In this document: piece after piece, positions 19,811-28,981 of the stretch
Layout: the number at the start of each line of letters is the position of its first letter
Numbering within the stretch: position 1 is the stretch's first letter
Assembly (NCBI GenBank): GCA_030610655.1
Contig: JAUWRG010000001.1
Coordinates: 175-64,174 of the forward strand
DNA: 64,000 bases
Direction: 5' to 3'
Source: Dehalococcoidia bacterium
GTDB lineage: Bacteria > Chloroflexota > Dehalococcoidia > E44-bin15
The notes under the pieces: generated by a model
Told to the model about the DNA's origin: nothing
Database searches by the model: none
The model's input: the letters and a program-made list of their open reading frames with translations, nothing else
Translations under genes and position numbers: made by a program

Positions 19811-20605
19811 ATGGGAAAACAAGATTTGACCCTTGCTCAGACGGCAACCATCTTTCTCGCCAGCTTAACCCCACAAGACAGGGAGCTTGCTCAGCAGGAG
19901 GTGAACAAGTTTGTTCACTGGTACGGCACGGAGCGCCCCATAGATAGACTTGCCGCCCAGGAGGTAGCGAGCTACGCCGGGAGGATGGATGCTTCCTCAG
20001 CCAACGTCTCAAAAAGGCTGGAGCCGGTGAAAGCCTTCCTATCCTACGCAAAAAAGGAGGGGTTTACTCCAACCAACCTCGCCGTCCATCTTCGCGTAAA
20101 GAAAAGCTCACCTAAGCAGGGTGCTTCTAAGAAGGGGTATGTTGAGAAATTCAGTTTGACGCCACAGGGTCACCAAGAGTTGAAAGATGAGCTTTCGGCA
20201 CTTCAGAAAGAGCGTCTGAATATCGCTGAGGAGATTCACCGAGCAGCGGCCGACAAGGACTTCCGCGAAAACGCCCCTCTTGATGCAGCTAAAGATCACC
20301 AAGGAATGATTGAGGGCCGCATCAGACAATTGGAGACAATACTCAGGTCGGCGGTGGTCGCTAATACTCAAGTAGCTACCACAATAGTAGCCCTGCGTAC
20401 TACGGTCACCCTTCAAGCCCTACCCTCTGGCGAGGAACTGCGCTACACCCTGGTCAACTCCAGCGAGGCCAGTCCTGCAAAAGGAAAACTGTCTGTTACC
20501 TCCCCTACCGGTAAGGCGCTTCTTGGCCGAAGAATGGGAGATGTGGTCGAGGTAGCGGCACCTGCCGGCAGGCTGCGCTATCGCATAGAGATGATCGAGG
20601 GCTAA
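19811..20605 (+). CDS. GreA/GreB-family transcription elongation factor homolog with an N-terminal extension
   Basis: The C-terminal half matches the GreA coiled-coil and FKBP-like domains (DFRENAPLDAAKDHQGMIEGRIRQLETIL). An ATG at 19811 is preceded by an AAGAGGA RBS. The ORF track alternatively starts at a TTG at 19772. Confidence 0.65.
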   Translation: MGKQDLTLAQTATIFLASLTPQDRELAQQEVNKFVHWYGTERPIDRLAAQEVASYAGRMDASSANVSKRLEPVKAFLSYAKKEGFTPTNLAVHLRVKKSSPKQGASKKGYVEKFSLTPQGHQELKDELSALQKERLNIAEEIHRAAADKDFRENAPLDAAKDHQGMIEGRIRQLETILRSAVVANTQVATTIVALRTTVTLQALPSGEELRYTLVNSSEASPAKGKLSVTSPTGKALLGRRMGDVVEVAAPAGRLRYRIEMIEG

Positions 20606-20781
20606 GCACAAGATGATACGAAAGTTCCGCACCTCCAAAGTAGCGGGCTTTGTCATCCTGTCCACAACGAATTGAACCTGGCTAATCCTATCCCCACCAA
20701 AGGGCGAATTCGACTATCAGCCTTGGCAAAATGTTTGCAATTTTGCCTTCATGACGACTTTCGATGTATAATTTAAAGCTG

Positions 20782-20870
20782 GGAGAGGTGTCCGAGTGGT
20801 CTATGGTGCCGCTCTCGAAAAGCGGTGTCTCAAGTAATTGGGACCGTGGGTTCGAATCCCACCCTCTCCG
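20782..20870 (+). tRNA. tRNA-Ser (anticodon CGA)
   Basis: Acceptor GGAGAGG/CCTCTCC, anticodon loop CTCGAAA, long variable arm, T-loop GGTTCGAATCC. Folded manually. Confidence 0.8.
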
Positions 20871-20871
20871 C

Positions 20872-20957
20872 GGAGAGGTGCTGGAGTGGCCGATCAGGCG
20901 CGCCTGGAGAGCGCGTGTCGCCTTTGGCGACCGTGGGTTCGAATCCCACCCTCTCCG
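20872..20957 (+). tRNA. tRNA-Ser (anticodon GGA)
   Basis: Same acceptor and T-arm as the upstream tRNA; anticodon stem CGCGC/GCGCG with loop CTGGAGA; long variable arm. Confidence 0.75.
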
Positions 20958-21080
20958 CTTCTTTCGCCCGTTGAGCTCATCCTTAATGACTTCCCCTACT
21001 CTAGCAATGGTTTTTGCTTTCCATTGGCTATTATGCTATAATGAATTAAACCGCAAATAATTGAGAGGGAAACCTGAAGT

Positions 21081-22385
21081 ATGAAAATCTCAATCGTAGA
21101 GCCAAAAGCGCCTTTCTATAATTTCTACAGCGCTTTTATGAAGCACCTGCCTCTTATGGGGCCGATCTACCTCGGCACCATACTGAGCAACGACGGACAT
21201 GATGTCACCATCTATAATGAAAACATCAAACGGATCGATTACGCCAACTTGAAGGACTCCGATGTCTTAGCGGTCTCTACCATGACATCCACCGCCCCCC
21301 GTGGCTACGAGATAGCGAAGCGTTTCAGGGAACTTAACCCAAAAGGGAGAATCATCGCCGGTGGGGTGCATGCCACCTTCCTCCCCGAGGAGGCAGCTCT
21401 CTATGCCGATCATGTGGTAAGAGGAGAGGCAGAACTGGTGATCTCCGACCTGGTTAACAACGGTGGAGAAAAGATTATTCAAGGCACCCCCATGGAGAAC
21501 CTCGACGATTTGCCATTCCCCGATTTCTCCTTGATAGAGGGCCTCAAGAAACCCATGCCCATCACACCGATATCTACCTCACGGGGCTGCCCCTACGAGT
21601 GCACCTTCTGCTCTGTCAGCCCCATGTTTGGCAGAAAATATAGGTTTCGAAGTACCGAAAGCGTAATTGAAGAGCTATCAAGGTTTAAGCACAAATTGCT
21701 TTTTTTCTATGACGATAACTTCGCCGCCAATAGGGCAAGGACAAAGAAACTACTGACCCAAATGATCAAACAAAAGATAACCCCGAAATGGATGGCGCAG
21801 GTCAGGGCAGATATCGCTAAGGACGAGGAGATGGTGGAACTGATGGCAGAGGCAAACTGCAATCACTTGGCTATCGGCTTCGAGTCCTTGAACGCCGAAA
21901 CGCTGAAGCGCTATAACAAAAAGCTAACCCCTGAGGACAATAAAAACTGCATCAAGGTCCTTCACAAATACGGCATCAAAGTGCACGGCATGTTTATATC
22001 TGAGGGATATTCCGATATCTACAACAAACTAGGCCTCGATAGCCTTCAGCTCAGCATCTTGATTCCACTTATTGGCAGCAAGCTATACACTACGGTTAAG
22101 AATGCCAAGCAGTTCACCGTAAGGAAGTTCCCCTCAGACTGGGAGCTCTTTGATGGTGGCCACGTGGTCCATTTGCCTGATAATATGTCGCCATTTGAGA
22201 TGCAAAGACAAACCGTCCAGGCGCTGAAAAACTTCTACTCCCGCCATAATGCAACTAAACTGCTTCTCAGGGGGCGAATGAGAGATTTCGGCATCAGGCT
22301 AATGGGCTATAGGATAATAAAGCGGTGGGAAGCGCAGAACAGGGACTACATCGCCAAGCTAAAGCAAGCCCAAGCCTTTATTTAA
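21081..22385 (+). CDS. B12-binding domain radical SAM protein
   Basis: N-terminal cobalamin-binding-like domain followed by CX3CX2C (CPYECTFC). Confidence 0.75.
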   Translation: MKISIVEPKAPFYNFYSAFMKHLPLMGPIYLGTILSNDGHDVTIYNENIKRIDYANLKDSDVLAVSTMTSTAPRGYEIAKRFRELNPKGRIIAGGVHATFLPEEAALYADHVVRGEAELVISDLVNNGGEKIIQGTPMENLDDLPFPDFSLIEGLKKPMPITPISTSRGCPYECTFCSVSPMFGRKYRFRSTESVIEELSRFKHKLLFFYDDNFAANRARTKKLLTQMIKQKITPKWMAQVRADIAKDEEMVELMAEANCNHLAIGFESLNAETLKRYNKKLTPEDNKNCIKVLHKYGIKVHGMFISEGYSDIYNKLGLDSLQLSILIPLIGSKLYTTVKNAKQFTVRKFPSDWELFDGGHVVHLPDNMSPFEMQRQTVQALKNFYSRHNATKLLLRGRMRDFGIRLMGYRIIKRWEAQNRDYIAKLKQAQAFI

Positions 22386-22529
22386 GACCACTGCTCAGAC
22401 CTCGCCACCCTCCTCGTCCAGGCAATCTGCGTAATAGACTCAGCATTTCCCTTTCTGGGCGTGTCACCAAGTTACCGGACTACCAAAAGTATTGACCTCG
22501 TTCAGATACATAGGTGATATCTTGTCGGT

Positions 22530-22957
22530 CTTACCAAGCTTGCCCCAACGAAGTTACCTGTTCCAGTAGGGGCGTTCAATTGAACGCCCCTACTAAAGCC
22601 GGTTGTATAAACATGGTCTCTCGCATTACAGTGGGGAATCAACCCCATCAGAAAGCCGTTTTAAGCCCAGGAGTGGGACGTGATATCATCATGATAGCCA
22701 TTTTGGCAGCCTAGTGGGGAAACTTATTCGGACTTTTGCTTTGTGCAACAGGCTCTACTATGTCATAGGTTGAAGGGGAGTCCAGAGGTGACTCCCTCTG
22801 GCAGGTGTCTTGGAGTGCCCCAGAACTACAGTTGAGGGTGAGCAGTCCAAAACAGAATACTCCCTCCCCTGGCACCTCACCACTCACTCCCTCACCCTCC
22901 CCCTGAAGGGAGAAGGAATCAGATTCTTCGCCTTCGGCTCAAAATGACATTCCTGTT
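22530..22957. repeat. composite intergenic repeat copy R2
   Basis: Palindrome AGTAGGGGCGTTCAATTGAACGCCCCTACT at 22566-22595 (inverted relative to R1 including its flank); GGAGTCCAGAGGTGACTCCCTCTGG at 22775-22801; the 3' part ends in a GATTCTTCGCCTTCGGCTCAAAATGACATTCC terminal-inverted-repeat-element-like tail. Confidence 0.75.
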
Positions 22958-23225
22958 ATGGCATCATGTATCGTTGCCTCCCTGAAGCATTAAATCAAGT
23001 GTAGTTGCCCGATTGATCGGGCCAATTACGCTCCGACAAGTCGGAGCAACTATATAACTTGGGGGGTGCTAGGGGGCAGCAGAAAATGGGGGGCCAGAGG
23101 GATTTCCACTCTGGCGGGGTTTGGGGGTGTCCCCCAGTAATACACTTCGGGGCGGGTGGGTAGGTCAAAACAACAATTACGAGTGTTTGTCTTACCCTAA
23201 CCACTATGATAGAATGCACTGACCT

Positions 23226-24341
23226 ATGAGCGACACTAAATACTGGATAGGATTTACCTTGATACCGGGGATTGGGCGGGCCAAGTTCTCCATGATGGAG
23301 CAATACTTCGGCGGCATGGAGAAGGCTTGGCATGCCAGCGCCAAAGAGCTTCAGATGGCAGGGCTTGATAATCGGTCCGTTGATGCGATAATAGCGAAAC
23401 GCTCCAAGATCTCCCTCGACGACGAAATGGAGAAGCTGGAGCGATACAAGGTGAAAGCGCTCACATGGAAGGATGAGGAGTACCCATCAAGGTTGAAAGA
23501 GATCTATGACCTCCCTCCAGTGCTTTATGTCCGAGGTTCCATTTCCCCTGAGGATGATTGGTCTATCGCCGTAGTGGGCACTCGCCGCCCCACCTACTAT
23601 GGCAGGGAGGTCACCGAGCAAATTGCCGGCGACCTGGCACGAAACAAGATTACCATCGTCAGCGGTCTGGCTAGAGGAATCGATGCCACCGCTCATCGCG
23701 CCGCCCTGGATGCGGGGGGGAGGACCATCGCCATCTTCGGATGTGGGCTGGATGTTGTTTTCCCCAGTGATCATGTTAAACTGGCTCGCCAGATTATGGA
23801 GCGAGGTGCTCTGGTAAGCGAATTTCCCTTAGGCGCCCGTCCCAAAGCGGAAAACTTCCCCAGAAGAAACAGGATTTTGAGCGGCCTAAGCCTCGGCGTG
23901 CTCGTTGTTGAAGCAGGGGAGAGAAGTGGCGCTTTGATCACGGTGAGATGGGCCTTGGAGCAGAATCGAGAGGTCTTCGCCGTTCCCGGTAGCATATTGT
24001 CCCCGACGAGCCGCGGCACCAACCGACTGATTCAGGAGGGGGCAAAGCTAGTATCAGATTCCTATGACATCCTCGAGGAACTCAATCTCACCGTTGTGGC
24101 GCAGCAATTGGAGATGACGGAGCAAATTCCCGCTACTGACACTGAATCCCTCATTATGAAATACCTCTCCTCAGAGCCAACCCACATTGATGAGGTGGGA
24201 CGCCAGTGTGGACTCCCCATCGCTACGGTCTCTAGTGCCCTGGCGATGATGGAGCTTAAGGGAACGGTGAGGCAGGTCGGCGGCATGAACTATACCCTCA
24301 CCCGAGAGGCCAGAGAGGATTACCGCGTAAAGGTAGAATAA
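23226..24341 (+). CDS. dprA: DNA processing protein DprA (Smf)
   Basis: Rossmann-like DprA core with GLARGIDATAHRAAL and a C-terminal winged-helix extension. Confidence 0.85.
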   Translation: MSDTKYWIGFTLIPGIGRAKFSMMEQYFGGMEKAWHASAKELQMAGLDNRSVDAIIAKRSKISLDDEMEKLERYKVKALTWKDEEYPSRLKEIYDLPPVLYVRGSISPEDDWSIAVVGTRRPTYYGREVTEQIAGDLARNKITIVSGLARGIDATAHRAALDAGGRTIAIFGCGLDVVFPSDHVKLARQIMERGALVSEFPLGARPKAENFPRRNRILSGLSLGVLVVEAGERSGALITVRWALEQNREVFAVPGSILSPTSRGTNRLIQEGAKLVSDSYDILEELNLTVVAQQLEMTEQIPATDTESLIMKYLSSEPTHIDEVGRQCGLPIATVSSALAMMELKGTVRQVGGMNYTLTREAREDYRVKVE

Positions 24342-24343
24342 TA

Positions 24344-26449
24344 ATGGCAAGAAAACTGGTTATCGTGGAATCGCCTGCCAAGGCAAGAACGGTGAGCCGG
24401 ATGCTGGGAAAGAGCTATAGCGTCAAGGCCTCCATCGGCCATGTACGAGATCTGACGAAGTGGAGGTTAGGGGTGGATGTCAAAGAAGGCTTCAACCCCA
24501 GGTACGAGGTTCTCAAGGAGAAGAGAGCGGTGGTGCGGGAGATAACAGAGGCGGCAAAGAATGCTTCCTCGGTATACCTCGCTACCGACCCCGACCGTGA
24601 GGGCGAGGCGATCTCATGGCATCTGGTTCAGGCAGCCAAGTTGAATAGCGCAAAGCGTGTGGTTTTCCATGAGGTCACCAATGAGGCAGTGGCGGAGGCA
24701 TTCCGCCATCCCAGAGACATCGACATGGATCTGGTCTATTCTCAACAAGCGCGCCGTATCCTCGATAGACTGGTAGGTTATAAGCTCAGCCCCTTCCTGT
24801 GGCGCAAGGTAAGGCGTGGCCTCTCCGCAGGGAGAGTACAATCGGTAGCGTTGAGAATGATCGTTGACCGGGAGCGAGAGATAGAGAGCTTTATTCCACA
24901 GGAGTACTGGTCCATCGATGCCAAGCTGGAAAAGGCCGCTACGAAAGAAAGCTTTATAGCTTCTCTCGTCGGTCTCACCAGTGGCAAGAAAATCAAGATT
25001 GGCAGCGAACAAGATGCAAAAAAGCTTTGCGCCGAGCTTGAGAACGCAAGCTATGCCGTATCCCAGGTACAAAAGAAGGAGGCATTTCGTCAACCAGCGC
25101 CACCCTTCACCACCAGCACCCTACAGCAGGAGGGTTGGCGCAAGCTCCGCTTCACCGCCAAGCATACCATGGCCATCGCCCAGCAACTCTATGAAGGCTT
25201 ATCTATCGGCGAGGAAGGGTCAGTGGGGCTCATCACCTATATGCGCACCGATTCAGTGAGAGTGGCCCCATCAGCCTTGAATGAAACTCGCGCCTTTATC
25301 AAGGAAAAATACGGGGACAAATTCCTCCCCCCCAAACCTCGCATCTTCACCAAGAAGGCGAAAGGCGCTCAGGAGGCCCATGAGGCCATCCGTCCCACAT
25401 CGGTAAGGCGAGAGCCATCCTCAGTGAAGCACCATCTCAACAGGGACCAATTCAGGCTCTACGAGCTCATCTGGAAACGAATGGTTGCAAGCCAGATGTC
25501 GCCGACCATACTCGACACCATATCGGTAGACATAGAGGCAATAGATGGAAATTCCTATCTACTCAGGGCTAAGAGCTCGGTGGTAAAGTTCCCCGGCTTC
25601 GCAATCCTTTATAGCGAGGGCAAGGATGAGGCCGAGGATGAAAAGGCGGTGCCCCCCCTGCCTGAGTTGGTAAAGGGCGAATCCCTGAATCTTCTAGGGC
25701 TTTTCCCCGAGCAGCATTTCACCCAGCCTCCACCTCGCTACAGTGAGGCGACCCTGGTTAAGGCGCTGGAGGAAAGGGGGATCGGTCGCCCCAGCACCTA
25801 CGCCCCAACCCTTTCTACAATTCAGGACAGAAGCTACGTTGAGCGTATTGACGGTCGGTTTCACCCCCTTGAGATTGGCTTTGTGGTGACCGACATCCTT
25901 ATCGAACATTTCCCTGACATTGTTGACCTTGGCTTCACCGCTCAGATGGAGGAGGAATTAGACCAAATCGCCCAAGGTGAGAGGGGATGGGTTCCTTTTC
26001 TTCAAGATTTCTACGGCCCCTTTGAAAAGACCCTGAAGACCGCAGATGAGCGATTGGAGAGAGTCAAGGTGGAAGAGGAGACCACGGATGAAGTCTGTTC
26101 AATTTGCGGCAGACCTATGGTCATCAAGTGGGGGCGCTACGGCAAGTTTCTCTCCTGTTCAGGCTACCCAGAATGCAAGAATGCCAAGCCCTTTTTGGTC
26201 AAGACCGGCGTCAAGTGTCCCAAGTGCGGTGGTGAAGTGGTGCAGAAGCAAAGCAAGAAAAAGCGCTTCTTCTATGGCTGCGCCAACTACCCGGATTGTG
26301 ACTTCATTACCAGCAACAAGCCTATTCCTCAGCCCTGTCCTCAGTGCGGAGGGCTGCTTGTGATACAGGGCAAAAAGAGAGCGAAATGCCTCAAATGCGA
26401 AGCCAGCGTCAGCCTGGATGAGATAGAGAGGGAGGCAGTCAAGGTATGA
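24344..26449 (+). CDS. topA: DNA topoisomerase I
   Basis: N-terminal TOPRIM (LVIVESPAKARTV), catalytic Tyr region, C-terminal Cys4 zinc ribbons (CPKCGG, CPQCGG). Confidence 0.95.
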   Translation: MARKLVIVESPAKARTVSRMLGKSYSVKASIGHVRDLTKWRLGVDVKEGFNPRYEVLKEKRAVVREITEAAKNASSVYLATDPDREGEAISWHLVQAAKLNSAKRVVFHEVTNEAVAEAFRHPRDIDMDLVYSQQARRILDRLVGYKLSPFLWRKVRRGLSAGRVQSVALRMIVDREREIESFIPQEYWSIDAKLEKAATKESFIASLVGLTSGKKIKIGSEQDAKKLCAELENASYAVSQVQKKEAFRQPAPPFTTSTLQQEGWRKLRFTAKHTMAIAQQLYEGLSIGEEGSVGLITYMRTDSVRVAPSALNETRAFIKEKYGDKFLPPKPRIFTKKAKGAQEAHEAIRPTSVRREPSSVKHHLNRDQFRLYELIWKRMVASQMSPTILDTISVDIEAIDGNSYLLRAKSSVVKFPGFAILYSEGKDEAEDEKAVPPLPELVKGESLNLLGLFPEQHFTQPPPRYSEATLVKALEERGIGRPSTYAPTLSTIQDRSYVERIDGRFHPLEIGFVVTDILIEHFPDIVDLGFTAQMEEELDQIAQGERGWVPFLQDFYGPFEKTLKTADERLERVKVEEETTDEVCSICGRPMVIKWGRYGKFLSCSGYPECKNAKPFLVKTGVKCPKCGGEVVQKQSKKKRFFYGCANYPDCDFITSNKPIPQPCPQCGGLLVIQGKKRAKCLKCEASVSLDEIEREAVKV

Positions 26450-27390
26450 TCCCTCTTCTGTATAACACGGAAATCACGGATAGATTGCTTCAAAGTTACA
26501 TCCGCTATCTGGAGGTGGAGCGCAATGCCTCCCCCTATACTGTGCGCAACTACATCCATGACCTTCGCCACTTCATGGAGTTCCTCGGCACAGAGAAGGT
26601 GACAACGCTGGATGAGGTGGATCGCCACCTGCTGCGCCGCTATATCGCCTTCCTCTTGGAGAACGGATTCGAAAAGACAAGCGTAGCACGTAAAGTGAGC
26701 GCCTTGCGCTCTTTCTATCGATATTTAATAAGGGGGAACATCGTCTCCTCAAACCCACTCGCTACCATCTCCTCACCAAAGCTGGAACAGAGGCTCCCCT
26801 CGTTCCTCTCCGGCGAAGAGGTTATTCACCTGGTGGAAGCACCTGATATCTCGACCCCACTGGGGCAGCGGGATAGGGCGATACTAGAGCTTTTCTATGC
26901 CTCCGGGCTCAGGGTAAACGAGGTTGTTAGACTCGACGTAAGCAATGTCAATTTTGAAGAACGGGAGGTTCGCGTATGGGGCAAGGGCTCCAAGGAGCGC
27001 ATAGTGCTCATAGGCAAGCCTGCAGCATCAGCCCTCGTTGTCTATCTTCGTGAAGGTCGTATACGGCTTCTTGGCAAGTCAAGGACTGAAGCCCTTTTCC
27101 TCAATCGATACGGGAAGAGGCTCTCCGAGCGCGCCCTCCAAAAGTCGCTGGCAAGGTATGCCATCAAGGCAGGTCTTGATAAACGGGTTCACCCCCATTT
27201 GTTACGCCATAGTTTTGCCACTCATCTTCTCGACGGCGGTGCCGACCTTCGGGTGGTTCAGGAGCTTCTCGGTCACGCCAACCTCTCATCTACCCAGATC
27301 TACACCCACGTTACCCAGAGCCAGGCGCGTAAGGTGTATCTGGCTGCCCACCCCAGAGCGGAGAAAGACGAAGGAGATAAAGACCGATGA
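26446..27390 (+). CDS. xerC: tyrosine site-specific recombinase XerC/XerD family
   Basis: R..HxxR..Y catalytic motifs (LRHSFATHLL, LGHANLSSTQIYTHV); sits in the conserved dprA-topA-xer synteny. Confidence 0.85.
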   Translation: MIPLLYNTEITDRLLQSYIRYLEVERNASPYTVRNYIHDLRHFMEFLGTEKVTTLDEVDRHLLRRYIAFLLENGFEKTSVARKVSALRSFYRYLIRGNIVSSNPLATISSPKLEQRLPSFLSGEEVIHLVEAPDISTPLGQRDRAILELFYASGLRVNEVVRLDVSNVNFEEREVRVWGKGSKERIVLIGKPAASALVVYLREGRIRLLGKSRTEALFLNRYGKRLSERALQKSLARYAIKAGLDKRVHPHLLRHSFATHLLDGGADLRVVQELLGHANLSSTQIYTHVTQSQARKVYLAAHPRAEKDEGDKDR

Positions 27391-27815
27391 AAATCCTGCT
27401 GATCCACGGACCGAACCTGAACATGCTGGCCAAGAGAGATACGGCGCTGTACGGTGACAAGACCCTCACCGAGATCGATTCCCTAGTGAAAAAAAGGGCC
27501 CAGGAGCTGGGTGTCGAGGTCTTAGCCTTCCAGTCGAACAGCGAGGGGACACTAATAGACTTCATCCAAGCCGAATGCCCCAAAGCAGATGGAATCATCA
27601 TCAACCCCGGGGCACTGACCCATTATGGTTACTCGCTTCGGGAGGCCCTGGTTGATAGCGCCCTCCCGGTGATCGAGGTCCATCTATCAAACATCTACGC
27701 CCGTGAGGAGTGGCGTCACAAATCAGTAATCGCGCCCATCGCCAGGGGCCAGATCAGCGGGCTTGGCTGGCGGGGCTGTGTTGCCGCCTTGGAGATATTG
27801 GCCGCAGAAATATAA
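27387..27815 (+). CDS. aroQ: type II 3-dehydroquinate dehydratase
   Basis: MKILLIHGPNLNMLAKRDTALYG N-terminus and HLSNIYAREEWRHKS signature. Confidence 0.9.
   Translation: MKILLIHGPNLNMLAKRDTALYGDKTLTEIDSLVKKRAQELGVEVLAFQSNSEGTLIDFIQAECPKADGIIINPGALTHYGYSLREALVDSALPVIEVHLSNIYAREEWRHKSVIAPIARGQISGLGWRGCVAALEILAAEI
27753..27812. repeat. aroQ 3'-end segment duplicated downstream of the toxin-antitoxin cassette (left copy)
   Basis: ATCAGCGGGCTTGGCTGGCGGGGCTGTGTTGCCGCCTTGGAGATATTGGC versus ATAGCGGGCTTGGCTGGCGGGGATATGTTGCCGCCTTGGAGATAGTGGC at 28745-28800. Confidence 0.75.
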
Positions 27816-27825
27816 AAGTATAAGA

Positions 27826-27857
27826 AGACCGCTGAAAAACTGTGTTTTCAGCGGTCT
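27826..27857 (+). terminator. perfect 13-bp stem hairpin immediately downstream of aroQ (possible terminator; no U-tract)
   Basis: AGACCGCTGAAAA-ACTGTG-TTTTCAGCGGTCT. Confidence 0.4.
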
Positions 27858-28132
27858 CAAAAGGCTTTGTTTAGGCAGTGGAAAAACTGCCCATCTGAAG
27901 GGATGCTGATCAAAAGGAAGCCCTTTTCAGCGCCCCAAGGGAAATACGTCTGTCACATTGTCCAAAGTAGTGCACAAACATCATACAATTCTCCATTGCA
28001 GTAAGTGCTTATACGATGCCTCACGATGCTATGGATATATGGGCAAGGGGTTTCCCAACTTGAGCTAGCGTGGGTTGCTTCTGTTGATAATCATGTGTAA
28101 AATATTGTGGAGTATAGAGCGGGGGTTCTAAT

Positions 28133-28384
28133 ATGCCTAAGAAAGTGATACAGGTTCCTATCGAGCAAGAGTTGCTACACGCTCTTGATTTATTATCAAA
28201 GAAGCGCCGTCAATCTCGATCAGAACTTATTCGAGAAGCCTGCCAACGATATCTAAGACAAATAGAATCTGAGCAGCTAGATGAGGTCTATAAAGAGGGA
28301 TATAGAAGGCTACCCGAGGAGTCATCTCTGGGGCAGGGGCAGGTGAGTCTAGCGACTCAGATTCTTCCTCAGGAGTCTTGGTAA
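28133..28384 (+). CDS. ribbon-helix-helix family antitoxin (MazE/CopG-like)
   Basis: 83 aa; RHH-type N-terminus (KKVIQVPIEQELLHALDLLSKKRRQSRSELIREA); stop/start TAAATG junction with the downstream toxin gene. Confidence 0.65.
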   Translation: MPKKVIQVPIEQELLHALDLLSKKRRQSRSELIREACQRYLRQIESEQLDEVYKEGYRRLPEESSLGQGQVSLATQILPQESW

Positions 28385-28699
28385 ATGCATCGTGGTGAGG
28401 CATGGTGGGCAAATTTGCCTCCTCCTATTGATAGACGACCGGTGCTTTTGCTTTCCAGAGAAAGTGCTTACCAAGTGAGAACCTCCATTACTGTAGCTGT
28501 TATTACTCGCACCATTAGAGACATCCCCGTAGAGGTACCACTAGGGCTAGAGGATGGTATGCCTAATCAGTGTGTGGTGAATCTTGATGATATCTTAACT
28601 ATACCAAAAGCTTTGCTTAGTGAGCGAATCACCGTTTTATCTGACGCCAAGATGGCTCAAGTTATTAAGGCGATTGCCTTTGCTTTAGACCTAGGTTAG
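28385..28699 (+). CDS. MazF/PemK-family mRNA interferase toxin
   Basis: 104 aa; the RGEAWWANLPPPIDRRPVLLLSRES pattern is typical of the PemK/MazF fold. Confidence 0.65.
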   Translation: MHRGEAWWANLPPPIDRRPVLLLSRESAYQVRTSITVAVITRTIRDIPVEVPLGLEDGMPNQCVVNLDDILTIPKALLSERITVLSDAKMAQVIKAIAFALDLG

Positions 28700-28744
28700 G
28701 GAAAGAGGTTTCCAATCCTTCACAGAGTGAAGGAGAAGAGATCT

Positions 28745-28800
28745 ATAGCGGGCTTGGCTGGCGGGGATATGTTGCCGCCTTGGAGATAGTGGCAACAGAG
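28745..28800. repeat. degenerate duplicate of the aroQ 3' end (right copy), downstream of the MazEF-like cassette
   Basis: See 27753-27812. Confidence 0.75.
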
Positions 28801-28866
28801 AAGGCAAAACCTCATGAGCGCTTGCACACCATCAAATCATGAAAATTTGCTGGCTAGATACCGTTC

Positions 28867-28952
28867 GTGGTCCTTCTGCGGAAGGATGTCGAACCATGAA
28901 CGACCCTTCGACAGGCCTGTCCTGAGTTCATCGAAGGGATCAGGGCGAACGG
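28867..28952. repeat. intergenic repeat copy R3 (internal module only)
   Basis: TCCTTCTGCGGAAGGATGTCGAA...CAGGCCTGTCCTGAG...TCGAAGGGATCAGGGCGAACGG parallels the interior of the 51896-52008 element. Confidence 0.6.
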
Positions 28953-28981
28953 AATAAATCTATTGTAGGAACAAAATAGTA

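Noticed and set aside
26446-27390. Tyrosine recombinase as a prophage or integrative-element integrase
   Set aside because: It sits in the conserved dprA-topA-xerC housekeeping arrangement with host-like composition and is not adjacent to either inserted island. I call it XerC/D.
28060-28132. Promoter call upstream of the toxin-antitoxin cassette (TTGATA ... TATAGA)
   Set aside because: The spacing between plausible -35 and -10 hexamers is wrong (8 or 23 nt), so I did not annotate it.
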